Below are positions 50,503-61,642 of a stretch of 64,000 nt of DNA, piece by piece; position 1 is the first letter of the stretch, and the number at the start of each line of letters is the position of its first letter. The position numbers and the translations under genes are program-made. The stretch lies in assembly GCA_038087875.1 (NCBI GenBank), contig CM075991.1, positions 9,674,001-9,738,000 of the forward strand, given 5' to 3'. This DNA is from Malacoraja senta (Eukaryota). The notes beneath the pieces are model-generated. The model was given only the letters and a program-made list of their open reading frames with translations, made no database searches and was not told the origin of the DNA.

Positions 50503-50879
50503 TCACTATATTGAAGTCAGGACTTTAAGAACAAGAAGTTCGTGCAACTTTGAAATCAATTGTTTTGTCTCTTTTCAAATCTGAAAGGTTTTAAAATGAA
50601 GGCATCAGGTGAATATATATATTCCTCCCCACTCAACTCTCCTGCATTTAATAACTGGTCAAAGCTTCAGCCAGGTTGCTAAATTTAATGTGCTTCCTCA
50701 CAATACAGGATTCAGGAACGAGAGACTATTACAATTCAAAAATGACATATGCAAAGCTGTATCAATGCAACTACATCACAAAGTACAACAAAGCTCTTCA
50801 CAAGCCAGCCCCTGGTCCAAAATTTACAAATAAATCAAACATAGGTGGCAGAACGGTGTATTGCAGAAAGATTTCATTA

Positions 50880-51870
50880 GGACATTGACATGTTAGACGA
50901 AGGAGCAAGAAAGTGAGAGAATTGGGGGGAAATGTGTGACCATTCAATTCCGTAGAAAGAGTAAAAGTGGGAGCAATTGTTAAGTATGAGAGACTGAAAG
51001 ATATTGGTGTGCAGAGGGACCTAGCTATCCTTGTATATTAATTACCAACAGTTATAAGCAGGTACTGCAAGTCATTAGTAAGTCAAAGACTGATTAACTC
51101 CAGCATTTTGTGTCTATCTTCGGTGTAAACCAGCACCTTTAGTCCTCTAACCAGTCTGAAGGGTCTCGACCCGAAACGTCACCCATTCGTTCTCTCCAGA
51201 GATGCTGCCTGCCCTGCTGAGTTACTTGAGCTTTTTGCGTCAATCTTCAGTTTAAACCAGCATTTGCAGTTCCTTCCTACACATCTTCAGTTCCTTACTA
51301 CACAAAGAGTATATTGACCTTCATTGCATGATCAGTTCACACTAAGAAACGGCATCTTGCTGCAATTATAGAAGTCCCCGGGCGAGACTTATAATTTTGA
51401 ACTGGTCTGTTTTCCCTACCCAAGGATCTCCTTCTGTAAGAAGGAGCTCAGCAAAGGTTAACCAGATTAATTCCCGAGAAGGCAGGTTTGCTATACGAAG
51501 AGAGATTAAACAGACTGGGCCTAAAGCCTCAATCTTGGATAAGAGGTGATCTCATTAAAACATAAACTTCTTAAAGGGCTTGAGAGTGTTGATGTTTCCT
51601 TTAGCTAGGTTATCTAGCAGCAGTGGGTCACAGTCTCAAAATAAAGTGTTGGCCATTCAGGGCAGGTGAGAAGAAATGTCTTGAATCTTTGAATTTCTCT
51701 AGCCACAAGGAATGTGGAGGCTCAGCAGCCGAGTTTGACAGATATTAGGATATTAAACGAGATACGAGGCTAAGCACATGATAGCGGCATAAAAGGAAAA
51801 CATCAGCTGTGATTTGATTGAATAGTGGAGTAGCATGAAGGGCCCCATGGCCTACACCTACTTTTAAATC
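50880..51870 (+). mobile_element. Decayed CR1-type LINE fragment with an inserted fold-back repeat
   Basis: QRDL, YEERLNRLGL and RGDLI remnants plus a CR1 tail. Shorter CR1 3' ends also at ~13600-13925, 26098-26218, 29340-29510, 36510-36730, 37288-37388 and 45345-45570. Confidence 0.65.
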
Positions 51871-52254
51871 TGTTCATAAACAGAGCAAGCCTTTATTTAC
51901 ACATCATTGTACACATTTGCTTTGTAATATTCCTAATTACCATTATCAGCTCTGAGAAGATTCCACCAAATGAAAATTGTACTTCAACATTACCACAAAA
52001 ATTTAGATCTTCAAATTACAAACTACATCTTAAAACAAGATTGAGTCTGACCAAAGTTATTTTTATTGGCTTACTGTTTGAGAGGGAACTGCGGAAAATC
52101 AAAGGTAGACAAAAATGCTGGAGAAACTCAGCAGGTGAGGCAGCATCTATTGGCTTACTCATCACTTGATTTTCATTTCTCAAGACAAGGTTAATCCTGC
52201 ACGCTTACAAATTTTAATCTACGTAAAAATTCTAGCCATACACAGTCGATCACA

Positions 52255-52689
52255 ATCCAATCAATCAATCAATCAGATTTATTCATCACATACACAATAA
52301 AGTGCAGTGAAATTAACTTGCCAGCAGCGGTACAATCAAAAAGAACACACAATTCACAATAACAATTTAACACAAACATCCACCACAGCATTCTTCACTG
52401 TGGTGGAAGGCACAAAGTACAGTCAGTCCTCCTCCATTGTCCCCCCGTGGTCGGGCCCATAAACCTTCGCAGTCGCTGCTGCGGACGGCCAGATGGCAGG
52501 CCCTCTTCTGGAAGGTAAGTCGCGAATCGGTGCTTCCCTACCGGAGACCACGGCTTCAAGATGACGTAGGCCGCAGGCCGGCGGTCGGAGCTCTTCTCCA
52601 GGGATCCCCGGCGAGGGATCCCGCTCCGGATGGTAAGTCCTCGCCGCGCCTGCGGCCAGAAGCTCCGCAGACCGTGGCTTCAAGATGTT
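52255..52689 (-). mobile_element. Non-LTR element 3' part with (TTGA)n tail, interrupted by the L1 (continues at 59295-59395)
   Basis: Minus strand ends AATAAATC(TGAT)n; GC-rich internal units anchored on GCTTCA(A)G continue across the L1 TSD. Confidence 0.6.
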
Positions 52690-53085
52690 TTTTATTTTTT
52701 TTATTTTTTAGAAGTACGGTAGATTACAGTAATGTACAACACGTATATATTAATACATTTTTTGTACCGCTTCACTTTTTTAAACTTTAAGAAAGAAAAA
52801 GAAAGAAGTAAGAAAAGTGAAGAAAGTGCGCAAAGGTTGTGAAGTGCAAAAGAGTGTTGGGAAAAGAAAGCCCCTTAGAAAAGAGGTTAGAGAAGGAAGT
52901 AAAGTTAGAAAATAGACCCTAGAAAAAAAAGAGAAAGAAAGAAGGAACAATCGCTCTATTATGACTCTTATACCATACTTCATAGAGAAGGAACTACCAA
53001 CCAAGTCTATTTTTATTTTACCTCCCATTACCAGGTCCAGATACCTTTTATTTATTTATTTGTTTTTCTAAATTACTATTGCACC

Positions 53086-56000
53086 TCATGCTTGTAATAG
53101 GTCCAAAAACGTAGACCACGTCTTTTGAAATTGATCTGCTTTGCCTACTAGGAGGAATCTCATCTCTTCCAGATGTAATGTTTCCAACATATTTGATGTC
53201 CACATTTTTATTGTTGGTGTGGGCGCATTTTTCCAGAATTTAAGTATAAGCTTTTTTCCCATTATTAGCCCATAATTGAGTAAATTCTTCTGATACACGT
53301 TTAATTCAGGAATACCTTCCGATATTCCAAAAATAATCCATTCTGGTTTTGGTACCAGTTTTATTTTGATTAATTTTGAAAAAATATCAAATATTTCAAA
53401 CCAGAATTTTTGGATTTTTGTACAAAAAACAAAAGAATGTGCTATGGTAGCTTCTTGACATATACATTTATCACAGATTGGTGAGACGTTAGGAAAGATT
53501 TTATTTAGTTTGGTTTTTGAATAATATAATCTATGTAATGTTTTAAATTGGATAAGCGTATGTCGTACGTTGATCGAGCATTTATGCACCTGTAATAAAT
53601 GATTATCCCAACTCTCTTTTGAAATTTTTATACCTAGATCTTGTTCCCAATCTCTTCTAATTCCATCTGTTGTGGGTATTTCTATATTTAAGATGATATT
53701 ATATAAGTATGATATTAAATTAGCTGATTCCGCCTTTGTCTTCATTGCTTCATCTAGTAAGTCGGAAGGCATATTATAATAATCTTTTGTGTGTGTTTTC
53801 AAATAGTCACAGATTTGTATATATTTAAAATATTGATTATTTTTCAAATTATATTTCAGTTGTAGTTGTTGGAATGATAGTAATTTTTCTAATTCATACA
53901 GATCTTCGAGCGTTTTAATTCCCATTCTTTCCCATTGTATAAATGCTTTATCTATGATTGAAGGTTTAAACGATGGGTTATTGACTATTGGTATTAAGAG
54001 AGATAGGTTTCTTAATTTTAGATTCTGTTTTATTTGCTTCCATGTTCTAATAGTGCTATATATAATTGGATTTTTATTATAATTTTTATTATTCAAGTTT
54101 ATTGGAGAGAGAATAATCGCTCCTATATTATTCGGGGAGCAATCCCCTTTTTCCATTATAATCCAGTCCACCTGCTGGGCAGAATTGTCCAGCAGGTGAA
54201 TCATATTTTTAATATTTACTGCCCAGTTATAATACATAAAGTTAGGGAGCGCTAGACCCCCCAACTCTTTTCGTTTGTTAAGGTGTGTTCTTTGTATTCT
54301 GTGGGATTTGTAATCCCATATAAAATTTGTAATGTCTGAGTCCAGTTTTTTGAAAAACTTTTTTGGGAGATATATAGGTATTGATTGAAATAGGTAAAGG
54401 ATTTGTGGTAAGAAAATCATTTTTATAGCATTTATCCTACCTATTAAGGACATCGGAAGTGTTTTCCAAAATTTAATCAGATTATTTAATTTCTTAAGTA
54501 GGGGATTATAATTAGCTTTAAACATATCATGGTAATTTCTAGTAATCTCAATTCCTAAATATTTGAATTTTTCCATAGCTATTTTAAAAGGGAATTTCCT
54601 GAGATGTGTTGAATCTTTTGGTTTAATCGACATAATTTCACTTTTGTTCCAATTTATTCTATATCCTGAAAAGGATCCAAAGTCCTCAATTAAGTTTAAT
54701 ATATTTGGTATACTAATTTGTGGTTTTGTGATGTACAGTAGTACATCATCAGCATATAGGGATAGTTTGTTGTTTGAATATTTTGTGTTATAACCGTAAA
54801 TATTCGAGTGTGTTCTTATTTTTTCAGCAAGGGGTTCAATTACCAAAGCAAATAACAGCGGTGATAGTGAACATCCTTGTCTGTTGCCCCTAGATAATTC
54901 GAATTTTGAAGATAATATATTATTAGTTAGTATTCTAGCCGTAGGTTTGTTATATAGTAGTTTTATCCATGCAATAAAGTTTTCTCCCAATTGGAATTTT
55001 TGCAATACTTTGATCATATAGTCCCATTCTACTTGATCAAACGCTTTTTCTGCGTCCAGTGAGATGATAGCTAACTCTTGGTCATAAGATTTATGTGAAT
55101 GCATTATGTTAAGCAAACGTCTCAAATTATTAAATGAGTGTCTCTTAGGTATAAATCCTGTTTGATCCTCATGTATTAGTCTACTAACATACTTGCTTAA
55201 TCTATTGGCTAATGTTTTTGCTATTATTTTCTGATCCGTATTTAACAAAGCAATAGCTCTATATGATCCTGGTTCTTCTATATTTTTATCTTTTTTAAGT
55301 ATTAATATGATCGTTGATTCCGCTAGTGTTTCAGGTAGGTTTTGCTCTTTATAAGCATATGTATACATTTTTTGTAATCGTGGAGTAACTATATCATAAA
55401 AAGATTTATAAAATTCATTACTGAATCCGTCTGGTCCTGGTGTTTTTCCATTTTTTAGTGTTTTTATTGTTTCTTCTATCTCCTTAGAAGTAATTTGTGC
55501 TCCCAGTTCCTCTTGTTCCCTGCGTTCTAATTGTGGTAGATTACAATTATCTAAAAATTCTGAGATTTTATTATTGTCTATTGACGTTTTAGATGTGTAT
55601 AGATTCTGGTAAAATTGAGCAAATCTTTTATTAATATCCTTGGGTAGTGTTAATACTTCCCCTCTATCTGATTTAATCTTTAATATTGCATTCTCTTTTT
55701 CCCGTTTTTTAAGTTGTCGTGCTAGAAGTTTGTGGGGTTTGTCCCCGAATTCGAAGTGTTCTTGTTTTGTGATTTGAAATAATGTTATAACTTTCTCTGA
55801 CAGTAATTTATTTAACTGAAATTTCAGTAGTAGTATTTTATTATGTTTATCCATAGTTGGGTCTTTAGCATTATCTATATCTAACTGTTTTATTTGATCT
55901 TCTAAGTGTCTTTGTTCATTCTTATTCTTTTTATTTTGATAAGCTTGAAATGAAATAATGACTCCTCTTATAAATGCTTTGAAGGATTCCCATAATAACG

Positions 56001-56886
56001 TGGGGGATATCTCTGGTGTATCATTTAACTCAAAAAATAGATCCATCTGTTTTTTTAGATAGATACTCCCTTGAGGGTCTTTTAAAATTTGTGAGTTAAA
56101 CCTCCAGAACGGTTTATTCATAGACATTCCTTCTAGTTTTAGAACAAAAGTTAACGGAGAATGATCTGAGATCGCATTAATATGATATTTAGGATTCAAA
56201 GATTGCGAGATTAATTTTGTATCCACTAGAAAATAGTCTATCCGTGAATATGTTTTATGCACCATTGAATAAAACGAGTAATCCCTTCCCGTCGGGTTTG
56301 CAATCCTCCATACATCTGTTATATTTGTGTTTTCCATATATGTGTGTAAGAGTTCACTGGTTTTAGATTTCGTCTGACCTTTTTGTTTTTGCATCGATTT
56401 ATCTAAATAAGGATCTAAAACACAATTAAAATCTCCTCCGATTATAACATTTTGATAATTAGATTCTGCAATTATATTCAGAATTTTATTAAAAAATTGA
56501 GGGTTATCAAAGTTGGGCGCATATATGTTTACCAGCGTGATTGGCATATTATTGATCTCCCCTGCTACTATAAGATATCTCCCTTCCTTATCTAAAATAG
56601 TGTTCTTTGATTTAAATGGAATTCCTTTACGAATAATAATTGCAGTACCTCTAGATTTAGAGGTAAATGAAGAGTGAAATGTTTGGCCTATCCAGTTCGC
56701 CCTCAGTCTTGTCTGATCTTGCTGTTTAAGATGTGTTTCCTGTAGAAACGCTATGTCCGTGTTGTATGATTTCAACTGAGCTAGTATCTTGCCCCTTTTA
56801 ATAGGTTCATTAATCCCCCTTATATTCCAACTACATAATGTGATTCCTCCTATTTTCTTTTGATTGTCGTCATGCATTTTTACCAA
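53086..56886 (-). CDS. L1 ORF2p (APE endonuclease + reverse transcriptase + Cys-rich tail), 1266 aa
   Basis: EN motifs SWNIRG, LQETH, GGDFN, SRIDY, SDH; RT motifs SLDAEKAFD, RQGCSLSPLLF, LYADD, FKYLG; C-terminal CDKC...H...C; no stops. Confidence 0.97.
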   Translation of the reverse strand: MVKMHDDNQKKIGGITLCSWNIRGINEPIKRGKILAQLKSYNTDIAFLQETHLKQQDQTRLRANWIGQTFHSSFTSKSRGTAIIIRKGIPFKSKNTILDKEGRYLIVAGEINNMPITLVNIYAPNFDNPQFFNKILNIIAESNYQNVIIGGDFNCVLDPYLDKSMQKQKGQTKSKTSELLHTYMENTNITDVWRIANPTGRDYSFYSMVHKTYSRIDYFLVDTKLISQSLNPKYHINAISDHSPLTFVLKLEGMSMNKPFWRFNSQILKDPQGSIYLKKQMDLFFELNDTPEISPTLLWESFKAFIRGVIISFQAYQNKKNKNEQRHLEDQIKQLDIDNAKDPTMDKHNKILLLKFQLNKLLSEKVITLFQITKQEHFEFGDKPHKLLARQLKKREKENAILKIKSDRGEVLTLPKDINKRFAQFYQNLYTSKTSIDNNKISEFLDNCNLPQLERREQEELGAQITSKEIEETIKTLKNGKTPGPDGFSNEFYKSFYDIVTPRLQKMYTYAYKEQNLPETLAESTIILILKKDKNIEEPGSYRAIALLNTDQKIIAKTLANRLSKYVSRLIHEDQTGFIPKRHSFNNLRRLLNIMHSHKSYDQELAIISLDAEKAFDQVEWDYMIKVLQKFQLGENFIAWIKLLYNKPTARILTNNILSSKFELSRGNRQGCSLSPLLFALVIEPLAEKIRTHSNIYGYNTKYSNNKLSLYADDVLLYITKPQISIPNILNLIEDFGSFSGYRINWNKSEIMSIKPKDSTHLRKFPFKIAMEKFKYLGIEITRNYHDMFKANYNPLLKKLNNLIKFWKTLPMSLIGRINAIKMIFLPQILYLFQSIPIYLPKKFFKKLDSDITNFIWDYKSHRIQRTHLNKRKELGGLALPNFMYYNWAVNIKNMIHLLDNSAQQVDWIIMEKGDCSPNNIGAIILSPINLNNKNYNKNPIIYSTIRTWKQIKQNLKLRNLSLLIPIVNNPSFKPSIIDKAFIQWERMGIKTLEDLYELEKLLSFQQLQLKYNLKNNQYFKYIQICDYLKTHTKDYYNMPSDLLDEAMKTKAESANLISYLYNIILNIEIPTTDGIRRDWEQDLGIKISKESWDNHLLQVHKCSINVRHTLIQFKTLHRLYYSKTKLNKIFPNVSPICDKCICQEATIAHSFVFCTKIQKFWFEIFDIFSKLIKIKLVPKPEWIIFGISEGIPELNVYQKNLLNYGLIMGKKLILKFWKNAPTPTIKMWTSNMLETLHLEEMRFLLVGKADQFQKTWSTFLDLLQA

Positions 56887-58100
56887 TTTTAATGACCTTA
56901 ATTATTGTGGTGCGTTCATACCTCCGGACTCTGGTTATTTTGGGAGTATTTCTATTATAGACTTCCTTGGTAGTTCTCCTGCGCGATTGTCCTTGAAGAA
57001 AAAACACACAGATGTGACATATTGTGATTAAAAAAAAAAATATATATATATAAATCAAATAAATTTACGGTGTCTAAAATTTCAACACCGTAGTGAGTGG
57101 CCCACTCGTCTGTGGGGTACGACATCCATAACGCTTCCGGCGTAGTTGGTATAAAGTTAGCCCCGCTGTATTTCTTACCCAAAATCTATGGGGTCATTAC
57201 CGTTTCCAATTCAGTTCTATTTCACCCAGTTACAATTTATATATATGTCAAATGTATTCGATTCCATATCCTACTCACTCTTTATCTCTTAACTATTTTA
57301 AAATGAATTTAGTATTGTTAAAGTGAGCGGTTTACTGAGTGGATTAACCGGAGTCAGGTTCCTGGAATTGTGCCAGGTGCCTGATCTCTTCTCCTCTCCA
57401 CGAGCTGCGAACATAGGTGATAACTGCTGTCTGCGTTATGACGCAGGCACCACAGTTTTATCAGTTTCAAATATTATTTCTATATTAGTATTGTTAATTA
57501 TTAATTATGATTAATTCTCAGCATTTTGTAAAACTATATAAGCCGTATATATTTTTCATATCAACCTCGAGTGTATATTATCTCTTAACTATTTTAAATT
57601 GATTTTAATATTGTTAAAAATGAGCTGTTCGCTGGAAGGGTTAACGGGAGTCTGGCTCCTGGAGTTATGCCAGGTACCCGGTCTCCCCCTCCCTCCACTC
57701 TCGAGCTGCATAGCACTTGCTGTTATCTGCTAAACAGAGCAGACTGCACATTTTTTATCTATTTCAATTGCTATTTCTATATTAGTATTGTTAATTGTTA
57801 ATTATTATTAGTTCTCAGTTTTTTCAGTTTTTTATAAACAATATAAGCCATGTGATGTTTTTCACTCTCAGCCCAGCAGTTCGTCCCGTTATCAGGTTTT
57901 CCTCGTTTGAGCACGTAGTGTCCTTGAATTACATAGCACAATGTTCCAGCGAAGATAATAATGTCTAGCCACGTCTCACTAAGAATCTGTTGCTTGAAGT
58001 CAAATAAAAAATAAAAAATCAGTGTTCAGTTAATTCACTTTCCTTGTAATATTCTTGTTGGAAGAATAAGCAAGTTCATTTGTTCATGTCGTCTTGGTTT

Positions 58101-59096
58101 TCAGTCTCCAGTTGATGCAGCCTTAGTCGCGATTTCTTGAGCGTATTTGAGAGATTCATCCGAATTAGTGAATGTTTTTGACACTCCCTCAAAGGTGATA
58201 CGCATTCTAGCCGGGTAAAACACTCCACACAAAACTCCCTTAACACCATAAAGAACTTCTCTGGTCTGTGAGAACTTTCTTCTCTTTTGCTCAATCTCAT
58301 AAGGGTAGTCCCGTAGGAGTTTAATAGTATCACCTCTGTACATCATCTTCTCTCCGTGGTTGATTTTTTTCATCAGCGCTTCCATTGTTGAGATATCCCG
58401 AAGTTTAATTATGATCTGTCGTGGGTAGGCACGTTCTCCTTGAGATCTTGATTTAAATCTGGGGAGTCGATGTGCTACTTCAATTACAGGTACTTCTGGT
58501 AGCTTCAGTACGTGTTTAATTAGGTTGGCAGCGAACTCACAAACATTGTCCCCCTCAGCTCCCTCTTTTACACCACGTATTCTTATATTTTGACGTCTTG
58601 AGCGAGCTTCTAGGTCAACACATTTATTCGAAACCTTTGTGACTTGGTTCTTGAGACTATCTATTTCTGACTTCATAGTCTGCATCTCTCCAGCCATCAC
58701 TTCCACAGCAGCTTCCAAATCTTTCACTGCAGATGCATTTGCAGCCACAGTTTCGTGCACAGCCTCAAACATCTTTGTGGTCTCTTCTACCACCTTTTCA
58801 ATTTTTATCGATAGTCCTTTTTCCACACCTTCAATTCTTTTTTGGAGAGCCTCAATACCCTCAAGTATTTTATCATTACCGGCTATCAATTTACTGTTCC
58901 CAGCTTCCATATCCTTTTTGATATCTCTTACCGAGTTTCTTAAGTCCTCCATTTCGGTTTTCTCTTTTGCAGATCGAGTAGCCATTGCAGAGACCTCTCC
59001 AGAGGTCAGTTCTGAAGTTTCTTGCTGTTCCAGAGTCTTCAGCAGATGTTTTGAGATTTTCCTCTGTGGGCTCTGACCTGGAGATGTACTTTTCAT
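58101..59096 (-). CDS. L1 ORF1p (coiled coil + RRM + CTD), 331 aa
   Basis: Heptad-rich N-terminal half; motifs LEARSRRQNIRIRGVKEG, IEVAHR, PRQIIIKL, YPARMRI. Confidence 0.93.
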   Translation of the reverse strand: MKSTSPGQSPQRKISKHLLKTLEQQETSELTSGEVSAMATRSAKEKTEMEDLRNSVRDIKKDMEAGNSKLIAGNDKILEGIEALQKRIEGVEKGLSIKIEKVVEETTKMFEAVHETVAANASAVKDLEAAVEVMAGEMQTMKSEIDSLKNQVTKVSNKCVDLEARSRRQNIRIRGVKEGAEGDNVCEFAANLIKHVLKLPEVPVIEVAHRLPRFKSRSQGERAYPRQIIIKLRDISTMEALMKKINHGEKMMYRGDTIKLLRDYPYEIEQKRRKFSQTREVLYGVKGVLCGVFYPARMRITFEGVSKTFTNSDESLKYAQEIATKAASTGD

Positions 59097-60388
59097 TTAA
59101 AATGACTTTCCCTCCGTTAAAATCGCGGCGCTTACTGATGACGTCATCAGCACCGCGACATGAAGCTCCGGTAAGTTTTTAAAAACGGTCCCGACCTCCA
59201 GACCCGATTTTAACGCGAAAAATCGCGATTTTTTCAGCGGAGCTAAAAAGTTTGCGACTGCTAGCAGAGCATGTCGCAACCGCTTCAAGATGTTGATGGC
59301 CGCGGGCCGAAGCTCTTCTTCTCCGGGGATCCCAGGCTCCAGACGCCGCGCCCGCGGCTAAATGCTCCGCAGAGCGCAGCTTCAGGCTGAACAGTCAATG
59401 TAATTTTCATTCAGCTGCGCAACTTTATTCGCCAACACATTCATCAAATCATCACTCCAATACGGTTTGCAGCTTCCATTCATACATTAATTCATGAAAA
59501 ATAAATTTAGAGCACATTTCCCAAGATACAAACAACTTTGGAACATATGGACGATATACCTATCAAGCAAAAATAGACAGTCTGGTGAACAGCAAAATTA
59601 TGTTGCATACGCAGAAGCCATAGCAATTCTTGAGATCAAGCAATATAGTTATTTTGAGAAAGTGTTTCAGAATTCTTATCCAGCAAGATATAAAGGCAAG
59701 AATTAAATTCAATAGCTACATATCTCACACACTGAAATGCTCTGACAGACCTCAACTCAGTGGGATTATGAAAGGCTTTCCAATTGTTCTCTCTGAAGGA
59801 CAGCATGAACACTAACAAATTGGCCAATGTGAATGCGTTATCCTTACCAGTCAAACAGTTGGCCAACATTCACTCAAACTTGCAAAGGACAACTATCACA
59901 AGCAAAGTCATGCACAGTTCACTCAAAATGAAATCCAGCAGGAAACAGCTCTAGTCAAAGGACTTGAAGAGATGCAGGAGCTGGGAGGAGAATCCAAAAA
60001 GATAACCAAAACTGGCAAAAAGACAATTCCATGCTTTCTATTGAGAAACATTTATTTTCATATCACTCCTACTCAGAATCATTTTGTTCAACCAAAGAAT
60101 ACTGCTACGAGACTAAGAGGAACTATTGACCAGCACAGTGTGAGCCAAGTGCACCACACAAACCTGTCAATAACACACATCAGGGAAGCAGTTGTGATTA
60201 TACAAGGCTTGTTCCATACTCATATTCCTACCTGTACACATCCCATGTTCCTTTGTCATTTAAAATAAGATTTTAATTAATGACACACTACTTTCACCAA
60301 CACTTTGCCAGATTCCACTGGTCACTCGACACTTAATTTGGAATCAATTCAGAAGTGAATATTTGCATTGCATTCCATTCAGTCACAT

Positions 60389-60648
60389 CGAGACGTGGGT
60401 TCAATCCTGACTACGGGTGCTGTCTGTAGGTAGTTTGTACGTTCTCTCTGTGACTGTGGGTTTTCTCTGGGGTGCATGGTTTCCTTCCATACTCCAAAGA
60501 CGTACAGGTTTGTAAGCTAATTGATTTTGATAAAATTGTAAATTGTCCCTAGTGCATGGGATAGCGCTAGTGTACGGGGGTGATCGCTGGTCGGTGCTGA
60601 TTCGGTGGACCGAAGGGCCTGCTTCCCCCCTGTATGTATAAAGTCTAA
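60389..60648 (+). mobile_element. HE1/V-SINE-like copy
   Basis: Same family signature. Confidence 0.8.
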
Positions 60649-61254
60649 TCTTCCAGTTTCCAGAAGTGTCATAAGCCACTGAAAACAAAACATGCATGGA
60701 ATATCAGATAGCAATCTCTGGCAATTCTGTGAATATTATATGCAAAGCTTCCTCTAATTGTAGGGAATTAATACGTTCATTTATTCTGCTGGCAGCCTGG
60801 AATTGGATGCAGGTCTTCAAGCCCTGAACTACCATGCAAGTGTTGATTTAAATTTTTAAGCAATAACCGATTACTTCTGCCTGGTCTCTGTGTTACAATT
60901 CACTGCCAAAAAAAACATGCTGCGAGGACAAGGCTAAACTGCCTGCATGACTCAGTGATCTGATGTTATTCGTTTTGTCAGGCCCTTTCCTGTACAAAGA
61001 TTATCGACAGCAAAAGGCCTCCAATTGAAAATCACAAAGGAAAAACCAAACTAGAGACGTGTTTTACAACCTAGATAAATTTACAGGCGGACACAGATAA
61101 AAATAGTTTGCAGAACAGAGTCCTAAGCTTTTACCACCCTTGGTGCAGAAGTATTAAAAGCACTCCTGAAAAGTCTGGCTTTTTGTTTTAAGATTTACCT
61201 CTTCCCAACCAGTGGATGAAGATTTCCATTACTAGTTTACCGTACTATCTTGAA

Positions 61255-61642
61255 AACCCTCATCACCGTTCACGCAGCCTCGGCAAGGCCACCATCATAA
61301 TCATGGATTAGTCTCACCCCAGTCGGTCACTCCCTCTTCTTCCCTCGCCCATCAGGCAAGAGATAGAGAAGGATGAAACGTCACCTCCAGATTCAGGGGC
61401 ATGTCCTTCCCAGCTGTTATCAGGCAACTGAATCATCCTATCAACAACGAGAGAGTGGTCCAGAGCTACTATCTACCTCACTGGAGACCCTTGGACTATC
61501 TTTAGTCGGACTTTACCTTGCACTGAACGTTATTCCCTTTACCATGTAACTGTACACTGTGGACGTAGAGTCTTTCCGCTGACTGGTTAGCACACAACTG
61601 CTTTTCACAGTACCTCGGTACACGTGACAATAAACTAAATTA
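61255..61642 (+). mobile_element. Rex1/Babar-like LINE 3' fragment
   Basis: Decayed SHP-GHSLF-PSGKR-TSRFR-FPAVIRQLN peptide; tail ending CACGTGACAATAAACTAAA. Confidence 0.65.

Larger units (their letters stand above)
52690..59281 (-). mobile_element. Full-length L1-clade LINE (~6.6 kb) in PPP2R2A intron 2
   Basis: Short CpG-rich 5'UTR, ORF1, 1.2-kb spacer, ORF2, 3'UTR and A-rich tail; 13-bp TSD GCTTCAAGATGTT at 52677-52689 and 59282-59294. Confidence 0.96.

Noticed and set aside
57282..57873. Twister or HDV ribozyme in the L1 spacer
   Set aside because: The conserved core and pseudoknot nucleotides could not be matched by eye; kept only as an unclassified structure.
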